Origin: Escherichia coli
GTDB lineage: Bacteria > Pseudomonadota > Gammaproteobacteria > Enterobacterales > Enterobacteriaceae
NCBI RefSeq assembly: GCF_003334255.1
Contig: NZ_QOWU01000108.1
DNA length: 4,516 bases
Direction: 5' to 3' (one strand)
Below, one piece after another: positions 1 to 4,516 of the stretch. The notes under the pieces are model-generated. The model saw only the letters and a program-made list of their open reading frames with translations. It searched no databases and had not been told where the DNA came from. Made by a program: the position numbers and the translations under genes. Position 1 is the stretch's first letter; every line of letters begins with the position of its first letter.

Positions 1-117
1 CTGGCGGCAGTAGCGCGGTGGTCCCACCTGACCCCATGCCGAACTCAGAAGTGAAACGCCGTAGCGCCGATGGTAGTGTGGGGTCTCCCCATGCGAGAGT
101 AGGGAACTGCCAGGCAT
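1..117 (+). rRNA. rrfB: 5S ribosomal RNA, 3' 117 nt (5'-truncated by about 3 nt at the window edge)
   Basis: Sequence from ctggcggcagtagcgcggtggtcccacctgacc to gggaactgccaggcat matches the E. coli 5S rRNA as I recall it, minus the leading tgc. It is followed immediately by the rrnB T1/T2 terminators, which is the basis for calling the rrnB copy. Confidence 0.93.
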
Positions 118-126
118 CAAATAAAA

Positions 127-164
127 CGAAAGGCTCAGTCGAAAGACTGGGCCTTTCGTTTTAT
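127..164 (+). terminator. rrnB T1 intrinsic terminator
   Basis: Hairpin with arms aaaggctcagtc (129-140) and gactgggccttt (145-156), GAAA tetraloop, one G-U wobble, then cgttttat U-tract. Matches the rrnB T1 sequence widely reused in expression vectors. Confidence 0.9.
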
Positions 165-199
165 CTGTTGTTTGTCGGTGAACGCTCTCCTGAGTAGGA

Positions 200-238
200 C
201 AAATCCGCCGGGAGCGGATTTGAACGTTGCGAAGCAAC
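200..238 (+). other. Two stable hairpins in the T1-T2 spacer
   Basis: 9-bp stem caaatccgc (200-208) / gcggatttg (214-222) with 5-nt loop; 5-bp stem gttgc (226-230) / gcaac (234-238) with gaa loop. Neither is followed by a U-tract. Confidence 0.6.
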
Positions 239-240
239 GG

Positions 241-285
241 CCCGGAGGGTGGCGGGCAGGACGCCCGCCATAAACTGCCAGGCAT
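241..285 (+). repeat. Degenerate partial copy of the 5S rRNA 3' end between T1 and T2
   Basis: GC stem ggcgggc (251-257) / gcccgcc (263-269) followed by taaactgccaggcat, which parallels the 5S terminal helix and 3' end gggaactgccaggcat. The 18-nt string aactgccaggcatcaaat occurs at both 105-122 and 273-290. Confidence 0.6.
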
Positions 286-295
286 CAAATTAAGC

Positions 296-330
296 AGAAG
301 GCCATCCTGACGGATGGCCTTTTTGCGTTT
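296..330 (+). terminator. rrnB T2 intrinsic terminator
   Basis: Hairpin aaggccatcc (298-307) / ggatggcctt (312-321) with 4-nt loop, followed by a T-run and gcgttt. Matches the rrnB T2 sequence as I recall it. Confidence 0.88.
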
Positions 331-405
331 CTACAAACTCTTCCTGTCGTCATATCTACAAGCCATCCCCCCACAGATACGGTAAACTAGCCTCGTTTTT
401 GCATC

Positions 406-409
406 AGGA
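406..409 (+). promoter_or_regulatory. Shine-Dalgarno for murB
   Basis: agga located 8 nt upstream of the ATG at 418. Confidence 0.6.
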
Positions 410-417
410 AAGCAGCT

Positions 418-1446
418 ATGAACCACTCCTTAAAACCCTGGAACACATTTGGCATTGATCATAATGCTCAGCACATTGTATGTGCCGAAGACGAACAACA
501 ATTACTCAATGCCTGGCAGTATGCAACCGCAGAAGGACAACCCGTTCTTATTCTGGGTGAAGGAAGTAATGTACTTTTTCTGGAGGACTATCGCGGCACG
601 GTGATCATCAACCGGATCAAAGGTATCGAAATTCATGATGAACCTGATGCGTGGTATTTACATGTAGGAGCCGGAGAAAACTGGCATCGTCTGGTAAAAT
701 ACACTTTGCAGGAAGGTATGCCTGGTCTGGAAAATCTGGCATTAATTCCTGGTTGTGTCGGCTCATCACCTATCCAGAATATTGGTGCTTATGGCGTAGA
801 ATTACAGCGAGTTTGCGCTTATGTTGATTCTGTTGAACTGGCGACAGGCAAGCAAGTGCGCTTAACTGCCAAAGAGTGCCGTTTTGGCTATCGCGACAGT
901 ATTTTTAAACATGAATACCAGGACCGCTTCGCTATTGTAGCCGTAGGTCTGCGTCTGCCAAAAGAGTGGCAACCTGTACTAACGTATGGTGACTTAACTC
1001 GTCTGGATCCTACAACAGTAACGCCACAGCAAGTATTTAATGCGGTGTGTCATATGCGCACCACCAAACTCCCTGATCCAAAAGTGAATGGCAATGCCGG
1101 TAGTTTCTTCAAAAACCCTGTTGTATCTGCCGAAACGGCTAAAGCATTACTGTCACAATTTCCAACAGCACCAAATTACCCCCAGGCGGATGGTTCAGTA
1201 AAACTGGCAGCAGGTTGGCTTATCGATCAGTGCCAGCTAAAAGGGATGCAAATAGGTGGGGCTGCGGTGCACCGTCAACAGGCGTTAGTTCTCATTAATG
1301 AAGACAATGCAAAAAGCGAAGATGTTGTACAGCTGGCGCATCATGTAAGACAGAAAGTTGGTGAAAAATTTAATGTCTGGCTTGAGCCTGAAGTCCGCTT
1401 TATTGGTGCATCAGGTGAAGTGAGCGCAGTGGAGACAATTTCATGA
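418..1446 (+). CDS. murB: UDP-N-acetylenolpyruvoylglucosamine reductase (peptidoglycan precursor synthesis, FAD-dependent)
   Basis: 342-aa ORF beginning [30 protein letters not shown], recognised as E. coli MurB, which is also 342 aa. Sits immediately upstream of birA as in the known murB-birA arrangement. Confidence 0.95.
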   Translation: MNHSLKPWNTFGIDHNAQHIVCAEDEQQLLNAWQYATAEGQPVLILGEGSNVLFLEDYRGTVIINRIKGIEIHDEPDAWYLHVGAGENWHRLVKYTLQEGMPGLENLALIPGCVGSSPIQNIGAYGVELQRVCAYVDSVELATGKQVRLTAKECRFGYRDSIFKHEYQDRFAIVAVGLRLPKEWQPVLTYGDLTRLDPTTVTPQQVFNAVCHMRTTKLPDPKVNGNAGSFFKNPVVSAETAKALLSQFPTAPNYPQADGSVKLAAGWLIDQCQLKGMQIGGAAVHRQQALVLINEDNAKSEDVVQLAHHVRQKVGEKFNVWLEPEVRFIGASGEVSAVETIS

Positions 1447-2408
1447 AGGATAACACCGTGCCACTGAAATTGATTGCCCTGTTAGCGAACGGTGAATTTC
1501 ACTCTGGCGAGCAGTTGGGTGAAACGCTGGGAATGAGCCGGGCGGCTATTAATAAACACATTCAGACACTGCGTGACTGGGGCGTTGATGTCTTTACCGT
1601 TCCGGGTAAAGGATACAGCCTGCCTGAGCCTATCCAGTTACTTAATGCTAAACAGATATTGGGTCAGCTGGATGGCGGTAGTGTAGCCGTGCTGCCAGTG
1701 ATTGACTCCACGAATCAGTACCTTCTTGATCGTATCGGAGAGCTTAAATCGGGCGATGCTTGCATTGCAGAATACCAGCAGGCTGGCCGTGGTCGCCGGG
1801 GTCGGAAATGGTTTTCGCCTTTTGGCGCAAACTTATATTTGTCGATGTTCTGGCGTCTGGAACAAGGCCCGGCGGCGGCGATTGGTTTAAGTCTGGTTAT
1901 CGGTATCGTGATGGCGGAAGTATTACGCAAGCTGGGTGCAGATAAAGTTCGTGTTAAATGGCCTAATGACCTCTATCTGCAGGATCGCAAGCTGGCAGGC
2001 ATTCTTGTGGAGCTGACTGGCAAAACTGGCGATGCGGCGCAAATAGTCATTGGAGCCGGGATCAACATGGCAATGCGCCGTGTTGAAGAGAGTGTCGTTA
2101 ATCAGGGGTGGATCACGCTGCAGGAAGCGGGGATCAATCTCGATCGTAATACGTTGGCGGCCATGCTAATACGTGAATTACGTGCTGCGTTGGAACTCTT
2201 CGAACAAGAAGGATTGGCACCTTATCTGTCGCGCTGGGAAAAGCTGGATAATTTTATTAATCGCCCAGTGAAACTTATCATTGGTGATAAAGAAATATTT
2301 GGCATTTCACGCGGAATAGACAAACAGGGGGCTTTATTACTTGAGCAGGATGGAATAATAAAACCCTGGATGGGCGGTGAAATATCCCTGCGTAGTGCAG
2401 AAAAATAA
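1443..2408 (+). CDS. birA: Bifunctional biotin-[acetyl-CoA-carboxylase] ligase and biotin operon repressor
   Basis: 321-aa ORF beginning [47 protein letters not shown] (N-terminal winged HTH). Contains the biotin-binding glycine-rich loop GRGRRGRKW (aa 115-123, nt 1785-1811). Length matches E. coli BirA. GGAG Shine-Dalgarno at 1431-1434; start overlaps the murB stop. Confidence 0.95.
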
Positions 2409-2433
2409 GAAAGGGGAGTATTCGCTCCCCTGC
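2409..2433. terminator. Putative bidirectional intrinsic terminator between convergent birA and coaA
   Basis: 7-bp stem aggggag (2412-2418) / ctcccct (2425-2431) with 6-nt loop tattcg. On the minus strand it is followed by ttcttattttt (complement of 2401-2411), a good U-tract for coaA. On the plus strand the downstream tract (caaattatttg) is weaker. Confidence 0.6.
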
Positions 2434-2436
2434 AAA

Positions 2437-3387
2437 TTATTTGCGTAGTCTGACCTCTTCTACCGCATGATTAGCACTTTTCGTCAGGATTAAACTGGCG
2501 CGCTCACGAGTAGGTAGAATATTTTGCTTTAAGTTCAGCCAGTTGATCTCTTTCCACAATGTCATGGCAGTCTTAATCGCTTCTTCTTTAGTTAATTTCG
2601 CGTAGTTATGAAAATAGGAATCCGGGTCGGTAAAAGCCCCTTCGCGGAATTTCAGAAAACGGTTGATATACCATGTCTGAAGTAAGTCTTCCGGTGCATC
2701 AACATATATCGAAAAATCGACAAAATCAGAAACAAATACATGATGTGGATCGTGTGGATAATCCATCCCGCTCTGTAAGACATTTAACCCTTCAAGAATT
2801 AAAATATCAGGCTGAACAACCGTTTTATCTCCATCCGGGATCACATCATAAATAAGATGTGAGTAAACAGGTGCTGTAACGTTTGGCACGCCGGATTTGA
2901 GATCGGAAACAAACTTCACCAGGCGATGCATATCATACGATTCCGGGAAGCCTTTCTTCTTCATCAGACCACGTTCTTTCAGAACCTGATTAGGGTGAAG
3001 GAAGCCATCTGTAGTGATCAGTTCAACACGACGATGTTCCGGCCAACGGCTTAATAGCGCCTGCAATACACGGGCGGTTGTACTTTTCCCCACCGCGACA
3101 CTGCCAGCAATACTGATAATGTAAGGAATGCGTTGCCCGTTGGTACCAAGAAACTGTTCCAGAACTGCCTGACGGCGCAGATTCGAGCTTATATAGAAGT
3201 TCAGCAAACGTGACAAAGGTAAATAGATCTCGGCAACTTCTTCTAACGAGAGATCTTCATTAATACCTTTGAGACGGGCGATCTCATCTTCCGATAACGT
3301 CATAGGTACGGAATCACGCAGAGCTGCCCACTGGTTGCGGTCAAACTGTAGGTAAGGCGTCATTAACGTTTGCTCTTTTATACTCAT
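2437..3387 (-). CDS. coaA: Pantothenate kinase (type I, CoA biosynthesis)
   Basis: Minus-strand ORF whose product from [20 protein letters not shown] to AVEEVRLRK is recognised as E. coli CoaA (316 aa). Walker A/P-loop GSVAVGKST at aa 95-103 (nt 3079-3105). The ORF track extends the frame to 3543 (368 aa), but I place the start at the ATG at 3385-3387 (MSIKEQ); the extension is only a stop-free in-frame leader. Confidence 0.9.
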
Positions 3388-3639
3388 AAGCATGTTTCTG
3401 GCGGTCATAGCTCTATCGGCAAAGCGATATTTGCCATGGCGCGTCACAGTTCTGTTGAATGGGTTAATGGGCAGGAGGGTAACACCAGATGGGGAGGAAT
3501 AATAAGAAAAAATCTCTGCCAGGAAGCTATCGTTGAAAAGCAATGTGACAGATATTCCATCTGATAAAAAGAATTATGGTTTAGCAGGAGCGCATTGTTG
3601 AGCACAATGATGTTGAAAAAGTGTGCTAATCTGCCCTCC

Positions 3640-3705
3640 GTTCGGCTGTTTCTTCATCGTGTCGCATAAAATGTGACCAATAAAACAAATTATGCAATTT
3701 TTTAG
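3640..3705 (+). promoter_or_regulatory. AT-rich upstream activating region (UP element / likely Fis-binding region) of the tRNA-tufB promoter
   Basis: Strongly A+T-rich tract (cataaaatgtgaccaataaaacaaattatgcaatttttt) directly upstream of the -35. Stable-RNA promoters, including the thrU(tufB) operon promoter, are known to be Fis-activated through upstream sites. Individual sites were not resolved by eye. Confidence 0.45.
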
Positions 3706-3742
3706 TTGCATGAACTCGCATGTCTCCATAGAATGCGCGCTA
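3706..3742 (+). promoter_or_regulatory. Sigma70 promoter of the thrU-tyrU-glyT-thrT-tufB operon
   Basis: -35 TTGCAT (3706-3711), 17-bp spacer, -10 TAGAAT (3729-3734), then GC-rich discriminator gcgcgc (3735-3740), which is typical of stringently controlled stable-RNA promoters. The predicted start is about 7-8 nt before the first tRNA. Confidence 0.8.
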
Positions 3743-3748
3743 CTTGAT

Positions 3749-3824
<76 letters not shown>

Positions 3825-3832
3825 TCAAGTCC

Positions 3833-3917
<85 letters not shown>

Positions 3918-4033
3918 ATTTCGGCCACGCGATGGCGTAGCCCGAGACGATAAGTTCGCTTACCGGCTCGAATAAAGAGAGCTTCTCTCGATATTCAGTG
4001 CAGAATGAAAATCAGGTAGCCGAGTTCCAGGAT

Positions 4034-4108
<75 letters not shown>

Positions 4109-4114
4109 AGATGT

Positions 4115-4190
4115 GCTGATATAGCTCAGTTGGTAGAGCGCACCCTTGGTAAGGGTGAGGTCGGCAGTTCGAATCTGCCTATCAGCACCA
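4115..4190 (+). tRNA. thrT: tRNA-Thr (anticodon GGU)
   Basis: 76 nt. Acceptor stem gctgata/tatcagc, anticodon stem caccc/gggtg with loop tTGGTaa (anticodon GGT), T-loop ttcgaat, encoded CCA. Begins 6 nt after glyT. Confidence 0.93.
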
Positions 4191-4268
4191 CTTCTTTTCT
4201 CCTCCCTGTTTTTTCCTTCTGTTTATTGCATTCAACAAGTCGGGCATGTTGCCTGGTTGATGTGGTGA

Positions 4269-4516
<248 letters not shown>

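Noticed and set aside
118-335. The rrnB T1/T2 terminator cassette, which is ubiquitous in cloning/expression vectors and could indicate vector contamination or a synthetic construct.
   Set aside because: It is preceded in frame by a genuine 5S rRNA gene and followed by chromosomal murB with no polylinker or vector backbone, so this is the native chromosomal locus the vector cassette was taken from.
1702-1945. Three overlapping small ORFs (1702-1890 +, 1715-1930 -, 1760-1945 +) inside birA.
   Set aside because: They lie entirely within the well-supported birA reading frame, in the GC-rich region encoding the GRGRRGRKW loop. They are arginine- and proline-rich out-of-frame translations with no SD sequences, typical of spurious ORFs.
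2673-2855. 60-aa plus-strand ORF antisense to coaA.
   Set aside because: Fully embedded antisense in the conserved coaA coding region, with no SD and low-complexity composition. No support for an independent gene.
3388-3543. ORF-track extension of coaA to 368 aa (start at 3543).
   Set aside because: The recognised CoaA protein begins MSIKEQ (316 aa). The upstream 52 codons resemble no kinase N-terminus I know and overlap the divergent promoter region. Treated as a stop-free leader, but flagged in the findings as worth checking.
3370-3564. 64-aa plus-strand ORF spanning the coaA start region.
   Set aside because: Overlaps the coaA 5' end on the opposite strand and has no SD. It is more likely a chance ORF in regulatory DNA.

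Overview
This window is a conserved housekeeping segment that I recognise as the Escherichia coli K-12-type region running from the end of the rrnB ribosomal operon to the start of tufB; I found no novel system in it. In order, it contains the 3' part of 5S rRNA (rrfB, apparently lacking only its first 3 nt at the window edge), the tandem rrnB T1/T2 terminators with a degenerate 5S 3'-end copy between them, murB and birA on + (overlapping in ATGA), coaA convergent on -, a 361-bp divergent intergenic region with a near-consensus tRNA-operon promoter, the tRNA cluster thrU-tyrU-glyT-thrT, and the first 70 codons of tufB (EF-Tu). Every large ORF and RNA gene is explained by these genes. I see no mobile element, CRISPR array, integrase or defence-like gene. 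The findings are therefore structural and regulatory details (overlaps, hairpins, repeats, start-codon ambiguity), not a new system. Gene identities rest on my recall of the E. coli proteins and RNAs plus motifs visible in the sequence; no database search was run.
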